Source: Eledone cirrhosa
Taxonomy: Eukaryota
DNA length: 64,000 nt
Direction: 5' to 3'
NCBI GenBank assembly: GCA_964016885.1
Contig: OZ024740.1
Coordinates: 423,212,001-423,276,000, forward strand
Both the position numbers and the translations under genes were made by a program. Shown here one piece after another: positions 44,612-59,600 of the stretch; the stretch's first letter is position 1, and each line of letters opens with the position of its first letter. The notes under the pieces are model-generated. The model saw nothing but the letters and a program-made list of their open reading frames with translations, was not told the DNA's origin and ran no database searches.

Positions 44612-47600
44612 CTTACCATAAAGTGGGGGAAGTTTCTAGTGGTTATGTAGATGTGTCTTACCATAAAGTGGGGGAAGTTTCTAGTGGTTATGTAGATGTG
44701 TCTTACCATAAAGTGGGGGAAGTTTCTAGTGGTTATGTAGATGTGTATTACCATAAAGTGGGGGAAGTTTCTAGTGGTTATGTAGATGTGTCTTACCATA
44801 AAGTGGGGGAAGTTTCTAGTGGTTATGTAGATGTGTATTACCATAAAGTGGGGGAAGTTTCTAGTGGTTATGTAGATGTGTCTTACCATAAAGTGGGGGA
44901 AGTTTCTAGTGGTTATGTAGATGTGTATTACCATAAAGTGGGGGAAGTTTCTAGTGGTTATGTAGATGTGTCTTACCATAAAGTGGGGGAAGTTTCTAGT
45001 GGTTATGTAGATGTGTCTTACCATAAAGTGGGGGAAGTTTCTAGTGGTTATGTAGAAGATGTGTCTTACCATAAAGTGGGGGAAGTTTCTAGTGGTTATG
45101 TAGAAGATGTATCTTACAATAAAGTGGGGAAAGTTTCTAGTGGTTATGTAGAAGATGTGTCTTACCATAAAGTGGAGGAAGTTTCTAGTGGTTATGTAGA
45201 AGATGTGTCTTACCATAAAGTGGAGGAAGTTTCTAGTGGTTATGTAGAAGATGTGTCTTACCATAACCTGGGGGAAGTTTCTAGTGGTTATGTAGAAGAT
45301 GTCTTACCATAAAGAGAGGGAAGTTTCTAGTGGTTATGTAGAAGATGTGTCTTACCATAAAGTCAGGGAAGTTTCTAGTGGTTATGTAGAAGATGTGTCT
45401 TACCATAAAGTCAGGGAAGTTTCTAGTGGTTATGTAGAAGATGTGTCTTACCATAAAGTGGGGGAAGTTTCCAGTGGTTATGTAGATGTGTCTTACCATA
45501 AAGTGGGGGAAAATTCTAGTGGTTATGTAGAAGATGTGTATTACCATAAAGTGGGGGAAGTTTCTAGAGGTTATGAAGAAGATGTGTCTTACCATAAAGT
45601 CAGGGAAGTTTCTAGTGGTTATGAAGAAGATGTGTCTTACCATAAAGTGGGGGGAGTTTCTAGTGGTTATGTAGAAGATGTGTCTTACCATAAAGTGGAG
45701 GAAGTTTCCAGTGGTTATGTAGAAGATGTGTCTTACCATAAAGTGGAGGAAGTTTCCAGTGGTTATGTAGAAGATGTGTCTTACCATAAAGTGGGGGAAG
45801 TTTCTAGTGGTTATGTAGAATATGTGTCTTACCATAAAGTGGGTGAAGTTACCAGTGGTTATGTAGAAGATGTGTCTTACCATAAAGTGGGTGAAGTTAC
45901 CAGTGGTTATGTAGAAGATGTGTCTTACCATAACGTCGTGGAAGATTCTAGTGGTTATGTAGAAGATGTGTCTTAACAATAAAGTGGAGGAAGTTTCCAG
46001 TGGTTAAGTAGATGTGTCTTACTATAAAGTGGGGGAAGTTTCTAGTGGTTATGTAGAAGATGTGTCTTACCATAAAGTGGGGGAAGTTTCTAGTGGTTAT
46101 GTAGATGTTTCTTACCATAAAGTGGGGGAAGTTTCCAGTGATTATGTAGAAGATGTGTCTTACCATAAAGTGGAGGAAGTTTCTAGTGGTTATGTAGAAG
46201 ATGTGTCTTACCATAAAGTGGGTGAAGTTACCAGTGGTTATGTAGAAGATGTGTCTTACCATAACGTCGTGGAAGATTCTAGTGGTTATGTAGAAGATGT
46301 GTCTTAACAATAAAGTGGAGGAAGTTTCCAGTGGTTAAGTAGATGTGTCTTACTATAAAGTGGGGGAAGTTTCTAGTGGTTATGTAGAAGATGTGTCTTA
46401 CCATAAAGTGGGGGAAGTTTCTAGTGGTTATGTAGATGTTTCTTACCATAAAGTGGGGGAAGTTTCCGGTGCTTATGTAGAAGATGTGTCTTACCATAAA
46501 GTGGAGGAAGTTTCTAGTGGTTATGTAGAAGATGTGTCTTACCATAAAGTGGAGGAAGTTTCTAGTGGTTATGTAGAAGATGTGTCTTACCATAAAGTGG
46601 AGGAAGTTTCTAGTGGTTATGTAGAAGAAGTGTCTTACCATAAAGTGGTGGAAGTTTCCAGTGGTTATGTAGAAGTGTGTCTTACCATAAAGCGGGGGAA
46701 GTTTCTAGTGGTTATGTAGAAGATGTGTTTGACCATAAAGTGGGGGATATTTCCAGGGGTTAAGTAGATGTTTCTTACCATAAAGTGGAGGAAGTTTCCA
46801 GTGGTTATGTAGAAGTGTGTCTTACCATAAAGCGGGGGAAGTTTCTAGTGGTTATGTAGAAGATGTGTTTGACCATAAAGTGGAGGAAGTTTCTAGTGGT
46901 TATGTAGAAGATGTGTCTTACCATAAAGTGGGGGAAGTTTCTAGTGGTTATGTAGAAGATGTGTCTTACCATAAAGTGGGGGAAGTTTCTAGTGGTTATG
47001 TAGAAGATGTGTCTTACCATAAAGTGGGGGAAGTTTCTAGTGGTTATGTAGAAGATGTTTCTTACCATAAAGTGGGGGAAATTTCTAGTGGTTATGTAGA
47101 AGATGTGTTTACCATAAAGTGGAGGAAGTTTGCAGTGGTTATGTAGAAGATGTGTCTTACCATAAAGTGGAGGAAGTTTCTAGTGGTTATGTAGACGATG
47201 TGTCTTAGCATAAAGTGGAGGAAGTTTCTAGTGGTTATGTAGAAGAAGTGTCTTACCATAAAGAGGGGGAAGTTTCTATTGGTTATGTAGATGTTTCTTA
47301 CCATAAAGTGGGGGAAGTTTCTAATGGTTATGTAGAAGATATGTCTTACCATAAAGTGGAGGAAGTTTCTAGTGGTTATGTAGAAGATGTTTCTTACCCT
47401 AAAGTGGGGGAAGTTTCTAGTGGTTATGTAGAAGATGTGTCTTACCATAAAGTGGGGGAAGTTTCCAGTGGTTATGTAAAAGATGTGTCTTACCATAAAG
47501 TAGGGAAAGTTTCTAGTGGTTATGTAGAAGATGTGTCTTACCATAAAGTGGGGGAAGTTTCCAGTGGTTATGTAGATGTTTCTTACAATAAAGTGGGGGA

Positions 47601-50600
47601 TGTCTCTAGTGGTTATGTAGAAGATGTGTCTTACCATAAAGTGGAAGAAGTTTCCAGTAATTATGTAGATGTGTCTTACCATAAAATGTGGGAAGTTTCT
47701 AGTGGTTATGTAGAAGTTGTGTCTTACCGTAAAGTGGGGAAAGTTTCCAGTGGTTATGTAGAAGATGTGTCTTACCATAACATGGTGGAAGTTTCTAGTG
47801 GTTATGTAGAAGATGTGTCTTACCATAAAGTGGAGGAAGTTTCTAGTGGTTATGTAGATGTTTCTTACCATAAATTTGGGGAAGTTTCTAGTAGTTATGT
47901 AGATGTGTCTTACCATAAAGTGGGCAAAGTTTCTAGTGGTTATGTAGAAGATGTGTCTTACCATAAAGTGGAGGAAGTTTCTAGTGGTTATGTAGAAGAT
48001 GTGTCTTACCATAAAGTGGGGGAAGTTTCTAGTGGTTATGTAAATGTTTCTTACCATAAAGTGGGGGAAGTTTCTAATGGTTATGGAGATGTTTCTTACC
48101 ATAAAGTGGGGGAAGTTTCCAGTGGTTATGTAGAAGATGTGTCTTACCCTAAAGTGGGGGACGTTTCTAGTGGTTATGGAGATGTTTCTTACCATAAAGT
48201 GGGGGAAGTTTCCAGTGGTTATGTAGAAGATGTGTCTTACCATAAAGTGGGGGAAGTTTCTAGTGGTTATGTAGAAGAAGTGTCTTACCATAAAGTGGGG
48301 GAAGTTTCCAGTGGTTGTGTAGAAGATGTGTCTTACCATAAAGTGGGGGAAGTTTCTAGTGGTTATGTAGATGTGTCTTACCATAAAGTGGGGGAAGTTT
48401 CTAGTGGTTATGTAGAAGATGTGTCTTACCATAAAGTGGGGGAAGTTTCTAGTGGTTATGTAGATGTTTCTTACCATAAAGTGGGGGAAGTTTCCGGTGC
48501 TTATGTAGAAGATGTGTCTTACCATAAAGTGGGGGAAGTTTCTAGTGTTTATGCAGAAGATGTGTATTACCATAAAGTGGGGGAAAATTCTAGTGGTTAT
48601 GTAGAAGAAGTGTCTTACTATAAAGTGGTGGAAGTTTCCAGTGGTTATGTAGATGTTTCTTACCATAAAGTGGGGGAAGTTTCTAGTGGTTATGTAGAAG
48701 ATGTGTTTACCATAAAGTGGAGGAAGTTTCCAGTGGTTATGTAGAAGATGTGTCTTAACATAAAGTGGAGGAAGTTACTAGTGGTTATGTAGAAGATGTG
48801 TCTTACCATAAAGTGGAGGAAGTTTCTAGTGGTTATGTAGAAGATGTGTCTTACCATAAAGTGGAGGAAGTTTCTAGTGGTTATGTAGAAGATGTGTTTA
48901 CCATAAAGTGGAGGAAGTTTCCAGTGGTTATGTAGAAGATGTGTCTTAACATAAAGTGGAGGAAGTTACTAGTGGTTATGTAGAAGATGTGTTTGACCAT
49001 AAAGTGGGGGATATTTCCAGTGGTTATGTAGAAGATGTTTCTTACCATAAAGTGGAGGAAGTTTCTAGTGGTTATGTAGAAGATGTGTTTACCATAAAGT
49101 GGAGGAAGTTTCCAGTGGTTATGTAGAAGATGTGTCTTAACATAAAGTGGAGGAAGTTACTAGTGGTTATGTAGAAGATGTGTCTTACCATAAAGTGGAG
49201 GAAGTTTCTAGTGGTTATGTAGAAGATGTGTCTTACCATAAAGTGGAGGAAGTTTCTAGTGGTTATGTAGAAGATGTGTCTTACCATAAAGTGGAGGAAG
49301 TTTCTAGTGGTTATGTAGAAGATGTGACTTACCATAAAGTGAGGGAAGTTTCTAGTGGTTATGTAGAAGATGTGTCTTACCATAAAGTGGGGGATATTTC
49401 CAGTGGTTATGTACATGTTTCTTACCATAAAGTGGAGGAAGTTTCCAGTGGTTATGTAGAAGATGTGTTTACCATAAAGTGGAGGAAGTTTCTATTGGTT
49501 ATGTAGATGTTTCTTACCATAAAGTGGGGGAAGTTTCTAATGGTTATGTAGAAGATGTGTCTTACCCTAAAGTGGGAGAAGTTTCTAGTGGTTATGTAGA
49601 AGATGTGTCTTACCATAAAGTGGGGGAAGTTTCCAGTGGTTATGTAGAAGATGTGTCTTACCATAAAGTAAGGAAAGTTTCTAGTGGTTATGTAGAAGAT
49701 GTGTCTTACCATAAAGTGGGGGAAGTTTCCAGTGGTTATGTAGATGTTTCTTACAATAAAGTGGGGGATGTCTCTAGTGGTTATGTAGAAGATGTGTCTT
49801 ACCATAAAGTGGAAGAAGTTTCCAGTAATTATGTAGATGTGTCTTACCATAAAATGTGGGAAGTATCTAGTGGTTATGTAGAAGATGTGTCTTACCATAA
49901 AGTGGAGGAAGTTTCTAGTGGTTATGTAGAAGATGTGTCTTACCATAAAGTGGGGGAAGTTTCTAGTGGTTATGTAAATGTTTCTTACCATAAAGTGGGG
50001 GAAGTTTCTAATGGTTATGTAGAAGATGTGTCTTACCCTAAAGTGGGGGAAGTTTCTAGTGGTTATGGAGATGTTTCTTACCATAAAGTGGGGGAAGTTT
50101 CCAGTGGTTATGTAGAAGATGTGTATTACCATAAAGTGGGGGAAAATTCTAGTGGTTATGTAGAAGAAGTGTCTTACCATAAAGTGGTGGAAGTTTGCAG
50201 TGGTTATGTAGATGTGTCTTACCATAAAGTGGGGGAAGTTTTTAGTGGTTATGTAGAAGATGTGTCTTACCCTAAAGTGGAGGAAGTTTCCAGTCGTTAT
50301 GTAGATGTGTCTTACCATAAAGTGGGGGAAGTTTCCAGTGGTTGTGTAGATGTGTCTTACCATAAAGTGGGGGAAGTTTCTAGTGGTTATGTAGAAGATG
50401 TGTCTTACCATAAAGTGGGGGAAGTTTCCAGTGGTTGTGTAGATGTGTCTTACCATAAAGTGGGGGAAGTTTCCAGTGGTTGTGTAGATGTGTCTTACCA
50501 TAAAGTGGGGGAAGTTTCTAGTGGTTATGTAGAAGATGTGTTTACCATAAAGTGGGGGAAGTTTCCAGTGGTTGTGTAGATGTGTCTTACCATAAAGTGG

Positions 50601-53600
50601 GGGAAGTTTCCAGTGGTTATGTAGATGTGTCTTACCATAAAGTGGGGGAAGTTTCCAGTGGTTGTGTAGATGTGTCTTACCATAAAGTGGGGGAAGTTTC
50701 CAGTGGTTGTGTAGATGTGTCTTACCATAAAGTGGGGGAAGTTTCCAGTGGTTGTGTAGATGTGTCTTACCATAAAGTGGGGGAAGTTTCCAGTGGTTGT
50801 GTAGATGTGTCTTACCATAAAGTGGGGGAAGTTTCCAGTGGTTGTGTAGATGTGTCTTACCATAAAGTGGGGGAAGTTTCTAGTGGTTATGTAGAAGATG
50901 TGTTTACCATAAAGTGGAGGAAGTTTCCAGTGGTTATGTAGAAGATGTGTCTTACCATAAAGTGGGGGAAGTTTCTAGTGGTTATGTAGAAGATGTGTCT
51001 TACCATAAAGTGGTGGAAGTTTCCAGTGGTTATGTAGATGTGTCTTACCATAAAGTGGGGGAAGTTTCCAGTGGTTGTGTAGATGTGTCTTACCATAAAG
51101 TGGGGAGGTTTCTAGTGGTTATGTAGAAGATGTGTTTACCATAAAGTGGAGGAAGTTTCCAGTGGTTATGTAGAAGATGTGTCTTACCATAAAGTGGGGG
51201 AAGTTTCTAGTGGTTATGTAGAAGATGTGTCTTACCATAAAGTGGTCGAAGTTTCCAGTGGTTATGTAGATGTGTCTTACCATAAAGTGGGGGAAAATTC
51301 TAGTGGTTATGTAGAAGAAGTGTCTTACCATAAAGTGGGGAAAGTTTCTAGTTGTTATGTAGAAGATGTGTCTTACCATAACCTGGGGGAAGTTTCCAGT
51401 GGTTATGTAGAAGATGTCTTACCATAAAGAGAGGGAAGTTTCTAGTGGTTATGTAGAAGATGTGTCTTACCATAAAGTCAGGGAAGTTTCTAGTGGTTAT
51501 GTAGAAGATGTGTCTTACCATAAAGTGGTCGAAGTTTCCAGTGGTTATGTAGATGTGTCTTACCATAAAGTGGGGGAAGTTTCTAGTGGTTATGTAGAAG
51601 ATGTGTATTACCATAAAGTGGGTGAAGTTTCTAGCGGTTATGAAAAAGATGTGTCTTACCATAAAGTCAGGGAAGTTTCTAGTGGTTATGAAGAAGATGT
51701 GTATTACCCTAAAGTGGGGGAAGTTTCTAGTGGTTATGAAGAAGATGTGTCTTACCATAAAGTGGGGGGAGTTTCTAGTGGTTATGTAGATGATGTGTCT
51801 TACCATAAAGTGGAGGAAGTTTCCAGTGGTTATGTAGAAGATGTGTCTTACCATAAAGTGGGTGAAGTTACCAGTGGTTATGTAGAAGATGTGTCTTACC
51901 ATAACGTGGTGGAAGTTTCTAGTGGTTATGTAGATGTTTCTTACCATAAAGTGGGGGAAGTTTCCGGTGCTTATGTAGAAGATGTGTCTTACCATAAAGT
52001 GGAGGAAGTTTCCAGTGGTTATGTAGAAGATGTGTCTTAACAATAAAGTGGAGGAAGTTTCTAGTGGTTATGTAGATGTTTCTTACCATAAAGTGGGGGA
52101 AGTTTCCGGTGCTTATGTAGAAGAAGTGTCTTACCATAAAGTGGAGGAAGTTTCCAGTGGTTATGTAGATGTTTCTTACCATAAAGTGGAGGAAGTTTCC
52201 AGTGGTTATGTAGAAGATGTGTCTTACCATAAAGCGGGGGAAGTTTCTAGTGGTTATGTAGAAGATGTGTTTTACCATAAAGTGGGGGAAGTTTCTAGTG
52301 GTTATGTAGAAGATGTGTCTTACCATAAAGCGGGGGAAGTTTCCAGTGGTTATGTAGAAGATGTGTCTTACCATAAAGCGGGGGAAGTTTCTAGTGGTTA
52401 TGTAGAAGATGTGTCTTACCATAAAGCGGGGGAAGTTTCTAGTGGTTATGTAGAAGATGTGTCTTACCATAAAGCGGGGGAAGTTTCCAGTGGTTATGTA
52501 GAAGATGTGTCTTACCATAAAGCGGGGGAAGTTTCTAGTGGTTATGTAGAAGATGTGTCTTACCATAAAGCGGGGGAAGTTTCCAGTGGTTATGTAGAAG
52601 ATGTGTCTTACCATAAAGCGGGGGAAGTTTCTAGTGGTTATGTAGAAGATGTGTCTTACCATAAAGTGGAGGAAGTTTCCAGTGGTTATGTAGAAGATGT
52701 GTCTTACCATAAAGCGGGGGAAGTTTCTAGTGGTTATGTAGAAGATGTGTTTGACCATAAAGTGGGGGAAGTTTCTAATGGTTATGTAGAAGATGTGTCT
52801 TCCCCTAAAGTGGGGGAAGTTTCTAGTGGTTATGTAGAAGATGTGTCTTACCATAAAGTGGGGGAAGTTTCCAGTGGTTATGTAGAAGATGTGTCTTACC
52901 ATAAAGTAGGGAAAGTTTCTAGTGGTTATGTAGAAGATGTGTCTTACCATAAAGTGGAAGAAGTTTCCAGTAATTATGTAGATGTGTCTTACCATAAAGT
53001 GGAGGAAGTTTCTAGTGGTCATGTAGATGTGTCTTACCATAAAGTGGGGGAAGTTTCTAGTGGTTATGTAAATGTTTCTTACCATAAAGTGGGGGAAGTT
53101 TCTAATGGTTATGTAGAAGATGTGTCTTACCTTAAAGTGGGGGAAGTTTCTAGTGGTTATGGAGATGTTTCTTACCATAAAGTGGGGGAAGTTTCCAGTG
53201 GTTATGTAGAAGATGTGTATTACCATAAAGTGGGGGAAAATTCTAGTGGTTATGTAGAAGAAGTGTCTTACCATAAAGTGGTGGAAGTTTCCAGTGGTTA
53301 TGTAGATGTGTCTTACCATAAAGTGGGGGAAGTTTTTAGTGGTTGTGTAGATGTGTCTTACCATAAAGTGGGGAAGTTTCTAGTGGTTATGTAGAAGATG
53401 TGTCTTACCATAAAGTGGAGGAAGTTTCCAGTGGTTATGTAGATGATGTGTTTTACCATAACCTGGGGGAAGTTTCCAGTGGTTATGTAGAAGATGTGTT
53501 TTACCATAACCTGGGGGAAGTTTCCAGTGGTTATGTAGAAGATGTGTCTTACCATAAAGTCAGGGAAGTTTCTAGTGGTTATGTAGAAGATGTGTCTTAC

Positions 53601-56600
53601 CATAAAGTGGGGGAAGTTTCCAGTGGTTATGTAGATGTGTCTTACCATAAAGTGGGGGAAGTTTCTAGTGGTTATGTAGAAGAAGTGTCTTACCATAAAG
53701 TGGTGGAAGTTTCCAGTGGTTATGTAGATGTGTCTTACCATAAAGTGGGGGAAGTTTCCAGTTGTTGTGTAGATGTGTCTTACCATAAAGTCAGGGAAGT
53801 TTCTAGTGGTTATGTAGAAGATGTGTCTTACCATAAAGTGGTGGAAGTTTCCAGTGGTTATGTAGATGTGTCTTACCATAAAGTGGGGGAAGTTTCCAGT
53901 TGTTGTGTAGATGTGTCTTACCATAAAGTGGGGGAAGTTTCTAGTGGTTATGTAGAAGATGTGTATTACCATAAAGTGGGGGAAGTTTCTAGTGGTTATG
54001 AAGAAGATGTGTCTTACCATAAAGTCAGGGAAGTTTCTAGTGGTTATGAAGAAGATGTGTCTTACCATAAAGTGGGAGGGAGATTCTAGTGGTTATGTAG
54101 AAGATGTGTCTTACCATAAAGTGGAGGAAGTTTCCAGTGGTTATGTAGAAGATGTGTCTTACCATAAAGTGGAGGAAGTTTCCAGTGGTTATGTAGATGT
54201 TTCTTACCATAAAGTGGGGGAAGTTTCCAGTGATTATGTAGAAGATGTGTCTTACCATAATGTGGAGGAAGTTTCTAGTGGTTATGTAGAAGATGTGTCT
54301 TACCATAAAGTGGGGGAAGTTTCCAGTGATTATGTAGAAGATGTGTCTTACCATAAAGTGGAGGAAGTTTCTAGTGGTTATGTAGAAGATGTGTCTTACC
54401 ATAAAGTGGGTGAAGTTACCAGTGGTTATGTAGAATATGTGTCTTACCATAACGTGGTGGAAGTTTCTAGTGGTTATGTAGATGTTTCTTACCATAAAGT
54501 GGGGGAAGTTTCCGGTGCTTATGTAGAAGATGTGTCTTACCATAAAGTGGGGGAAGTTTCTAGTGGTTATGTAGACGATGTGTCTTACCATAAAGTGGAG
54601 GAAGTTTCTAGTGGTTATGTAGAAGATGTGTCTTACCATAAAGTGGACGAAGTTTCCAGTGGTTATGTAGAAGATGTGTCTTACCATAAAGTGGGGGTAG
54701 TTTCTAGTGGTTAAGTAGATGTGTATTACCATAAAGTGGCGGAAGTTTCTAGTGGTTATGTAGAAGATGTGTCTTAACAATAAAGTGGAGGAAGTTTCCA
54801 GTGGTTAAGTAGATGTGTCTTACTATAAAGTGGGGGAAGTTTCAAGAGGTTATGTAGAAGATGTTTCTTACCATAAATTAGGGGAAGTTTCTAGTGGTTA
54901 TGTAGAAGATGTGTCTTACCATAAAGTGGGGGAAGTTTCTAGTGGTTATGTAGAATATGTGTCTTACCATAAAGTGGGGGAAGTTTCCAGTGGTTATGTA
55001 GATGTGTATTACCATAAAGTGGCGGAAGTTTCTAGTGGTTATGTAGAAGATGTGTCTTACCATAAAGTGGGGGAAGTTTCTAGTGGTTATGTAGAAGATG
55101 TTTCTTACCATAAAGTAGGGGAAGTTTCTAGTGGTTATGTAGAAGAAGTGTCTTACCATAAAGTGGAGGAAGTTTCTAGTGGTTATGTAGAAGATGTTTC
55201 TTACCATAAAGTAGGGGAAGTTTCTAGTGGTTATGTAGAAGAAGTGTCTTACCATAAAGTGGAGGAAGTTTCCAGTGGTTATGTAGATGTGTCTTACCAT
55301 AAAGTGGTGGAAGTTTCCAGTGGTTATGTAGATGTTTCTTACCATAAAGTGGAGGAAGTTTCCAGTGGTTATGTAGAAGATGTGTCTTACCATAAAGCGG
55401 GGGAAGTTTCTAGTGGTTATGTAGAAGATGTGTTTGACCATAAAGTGGGGGATATTTCCAGTGGTTATGTAGATGTTTCTTACCATAAAGTGGAGGAAGT
55501 TTCCAGTGGTTATGTAGAAGATGTGTCTTACCATAAAGTGGAGGAAGTTTCTAGTGGTTATGTAGAAGATGTGTCTTACCATAAAGTGGAGGAAGTTTCT
55601 AGTGGTTATGTAGAAGATGTGTCTTACCATAAAGTGGAGGAAGTTTCTAGTGGTTATGTAGAAGATGTGTCTTACCATAAAGTGGGGGTAGTTTCTAGTG
55701 GTTATGTAGATATTTCTTACCATAAAGTGAGGGAAGTTTCTAATGGTTATGTAGAAGATGTGTCTTACCATCAAGTGGGGGATATTTCCAGTGGTTATGT
55801 ACATGTTTCTTACCATAAAGTGGAGGAAGTTTCCAGTGGTTATGTAGAAGATGTGTTTACCATTAAGTGGGGGAAATTTCTAGTGGTTATGTAGAAGATG
55901 TGTTTACCATAAAGTGGAGGAAGTTTGCAGTGGTTATGTAGAAGATGTGTCTTACCATAAAGTCGAGGAAGTTTCTAGTGGTTATGTAGAAGATGTGTCT
56001 TAGCATAAAGTGGAGGAAGTTTCTAGTGGTTATGTAGAAGATGTGTCTTACCATAAAGTGGGGGAAGTTTCTATTGGTTATGTAGATGTTTCTTACCATA
56101 AAGTGGAGGAAGTTTCCAGTGGTTATGTAGAAGATGTGTCTTACCATAAAGTAGGGAAAGTTTCTAGTGGTTATGTAGAAGATGTGTCTTACCATAAAGT
56201 GCGGGAAGTTTCTAGTGGTTATGTAGATGTTTCTTACAATAAAGTGGGGGATGTCTCTAGTGGTTATGTAGAAGATGTGTCTTACCATAAAGTGGAAGAA
56301 GTTTCCAGTAATTATGTAGATGTGTCTTACCATAAAATGTGGGAAGTTTCTAGTGGTTATGTAGAAGTTGTGTCTTACCATAAAGTGGGGAAAGTTTCCA
56401 GTGGTTATGTAGAAGATGTGTCTTACCATAACATGGTGGAAGTTTCTAGTGGTTATGTAGAAGATGTGTCTTACCATAAAGTGGAGGAAGTTTCTAGTGG
56501 TTATGTAGATGTTTCTTACCATAAATTCGGAGAAGTTTCTAGTAGTTATGTAGATGTGTCTTACCATAAAGTGGGGGAAGTTTCTAGTGGTTATGTAGAA

Positions 56601-59600
56601 GATGTGTCTTACCATAAAGTGGAGGAAGTTTCTAGTGGTTATGTAGAAGATGTGTCTTACCATAAAGTGGGGGAAGTTTCTAGTGGTTATGTAGATGTTT
56701 CTTACCATGAAGTGGGGGAAGTTTCTAATGGTTATGTAGAAGATGTGTCTTACCATAAAGTGGAAGAAGTTTCCAGTAATTATGTAGATGTGTCTTACCA
56801 TAAAATGGGGAAAGTTTCTAGCGGTTATGTAGAAGATGTTTCTTACCATAAAGTGGAGGAAATTTCCTGTGGTTTTGTAGAAGATGTGTCTTACCATAAA
56901 GTGGGGGAAGTTTCTAGTGGTTATGAAGATGTGTTATACCATAAAGTGGGGGAAGTTTCCAGTGGTTATGTAGAAGATGTGTCTTACCATAACGGGGTGG
57001 AAGTTTCTAGTGGTTATGTAGAAGATGTGTCTTACCATAAAGTGGAGGAAGTTTCTAGTGGTTATGTAGATGTTTCTTACCATAAATTCAGGGAAGTTTC
57101 TAGTAGTTATGTAGATGTGTCTTACCATAAAGTGGGGGAAGTTTCTAGTGGTTATGTAGAAGATGTTTCTTTACCATAAAGTGGAGGAAGTTTCCTGTGG
57201 TTATGTAGAACATGTGTCTTACCATAAAGCAGGGGATGTTTCTAGTGGTTATGTAGAAGACGTTTCTCACCATAAAGTAGGGGAAGTTTCTAGTGGTTAT
57301 GTAGAAGATGTGTCTTACCAGAAAATGGAGGAAGTTTCTAGTGGTTATGTAGAAGATGTGTCTTACTATAAAGTGGGGGAAGTTTCTACTGGTTATGTAG
57401 ATGTTTCTTACCATAAAGCGGGGGGAAGTTTCCAATGGTTATGTAGAAGATGTGTCTTACCATAAAGTGGAGGAAGTTTCCAGTGGTTATGTAGAAGATG
57501 TGTCTTACCATAAAGCTGGGGAATTTTCTTGTGGTTATATAGAAGATGTGTCTTACCATAAAGCGGGGAAGCTTCTAGTGGTTATGTAGATGTTTCTTAC
57601 CATAAAGTGGAGGAAGTTTCTAGTGGTTATGTAGAAGATATGTCTTACCATAAAGTGGACGAAGTTTCTAGTGGTTATGTAGAAGATGTGTCTTACCATA
57701 AAGTGGAGGAAGTTTCTAGTGGTTATGTAGAAGATGTGTCTTACCATAAAGTGGAGGAAGTTTCTAGTGGTTATGTAGATGTTTCTTACCATAAAGTGAG
57801 GGAAGTTTCTAATGGTTATGTAGAAGATGTGTCTTACCATAAAGTGGAGGAAGTTTCTAGTGGTTATGTAGATATTTCTTACCATAAAGTGAGGGAAGTT
57901 TCTAATGGTTATGTAGAAGATGTGTCTTACCATAAAGTGGAGGAAGTTTCCTGTGGTTATGTAGAAGATGTGTCTTACCATAAAGCAGGGGATGTTTCTA
58001 GTGGTTATGTAGAAGACGTTTCTTACCATAAAGTGGGGGAAATTTCTAGTAGTTATGTAGAAGATGTGTTTCACCATAAAGTAGGGGAAGTTTCTAGTGG
58101 TTATGTAGAAGATGTGTCTTACCATAAAATGGAGGAAGTTTCTAGTGGTTATGTAGAAGATGTGTCTTACTATAAAGTGGGGGAAGTTTCTAGTGGTTAT
58201 GTAGATGTTTCTTACCATAAAGCGGGGGGAAGTTTCCAATGGTTATGTAGAAGATGTTTCTTACCATAAAGTGGAGGAAGTTTCCTGTGGTTATGTAGAA
58301 GATGTGTCTTACTATAAAGCGGGGGAAGCTTCTAGTGGTTATATAGAAGATATGTCTCACCATAAAGTGGACGAAGTTTCTAGTGGTTATGTAGAAGATG
58401 TGTCTTACCATAAAGTGGGGGAAGTTTCTAGTGGTTATGTAGAAGATGTGTCTTACCATAAAGTGGGGGAAGTTTCCAGTGGTTATGTAGAAGATGTGTC
58501 TTACCATAAAGTGGGGGAAGTTTCCTGTGGTTATGTAGAAGATGTGTCATACCATAAAGCGGGGGAAGTTTCTAGTGGTTATGTAGAAGATGTGTCTTAC
58601 CATAAAGTGGGGGAAGTTTCCAGTGGTTATGTAGAAGATGTGTCATACCATAAAGCGGGGGAAGTTTCTAGTGGTTATGTAGAAGATATGTCTTACCATA
58701 AAGTGGACGAAGTTTCTAGTGGTTATGTAGAAGATGTGTCTTACCATAAAGTGGGGGAAGTTTCTAGTGGTTATGTAGAAGATGTGTCTTACCATAAGGT
58801 GGGGGAAGTTTCTAGTGGTTATGTAGATGTTTCTTACCATAAAGTGGGGGAAGTTTCTAATGGTTATGTAGAAGATGTGTCTTACCCTAAAGTGGGGGAA
58901 GTTTCTAGTGGTTATGGAGATGTTTCTTACCATAAAGTGGGGGAAGTTTCTAATGGTTATGTAGAAGATGTGTCTTACCATAAAGTGGAGGAAGTTTCTA
59001 GTGGTTATGTAGAAGATGTGTCTTACCATAAAGTGGGGGAAGTTTCTAGTGGTTATGTAGATGTTTCTTACCATAAACTGGGGGAAGTTTCCGGTGCTTA
59101 TGTAGAAGATGTGTCTTACCATAAAGTGGAGGAAGTTTCTAGTGGTTATGTAGAAGATGTGTCTTACAATAAAGTGGAGGAAGTTTCCAGTGGTTATGTA
59201 GAAGATGTGTTTACCATTAAGTTGGGGAAGTTTCTAGTGGTTATGTAGAAGATGTGTCTTACCATAAAGTGGGGGAAGTTTCTAGTGGTTATGTAGAAGA
59301 TGTGTCTTACCATAAAGTGGGGGAAGTTTCTCGTGGTTATGTAGAAGATGTGTCTTACCATAAAGCGGGGGAAGTTTCTAGTGGTTATGTAGAAGATGTG
59401 TCTTACCATGAAGTGGGGGATATTTCCATTGGTTATGTCGATGTTTCTTACCATAAAGTGGAGGAAGTTTACAGTGGTTATGTAGAAGATGTGTTTACCA
59501 TAAAGTGAAGGAAGTTTCCAGTGGTTATGTAGAAGATGTGTCTTACCATAAAGCTGGGGAATTTTCTAGTCGTTATAAAGAAGATGTGTCTTACCATAAA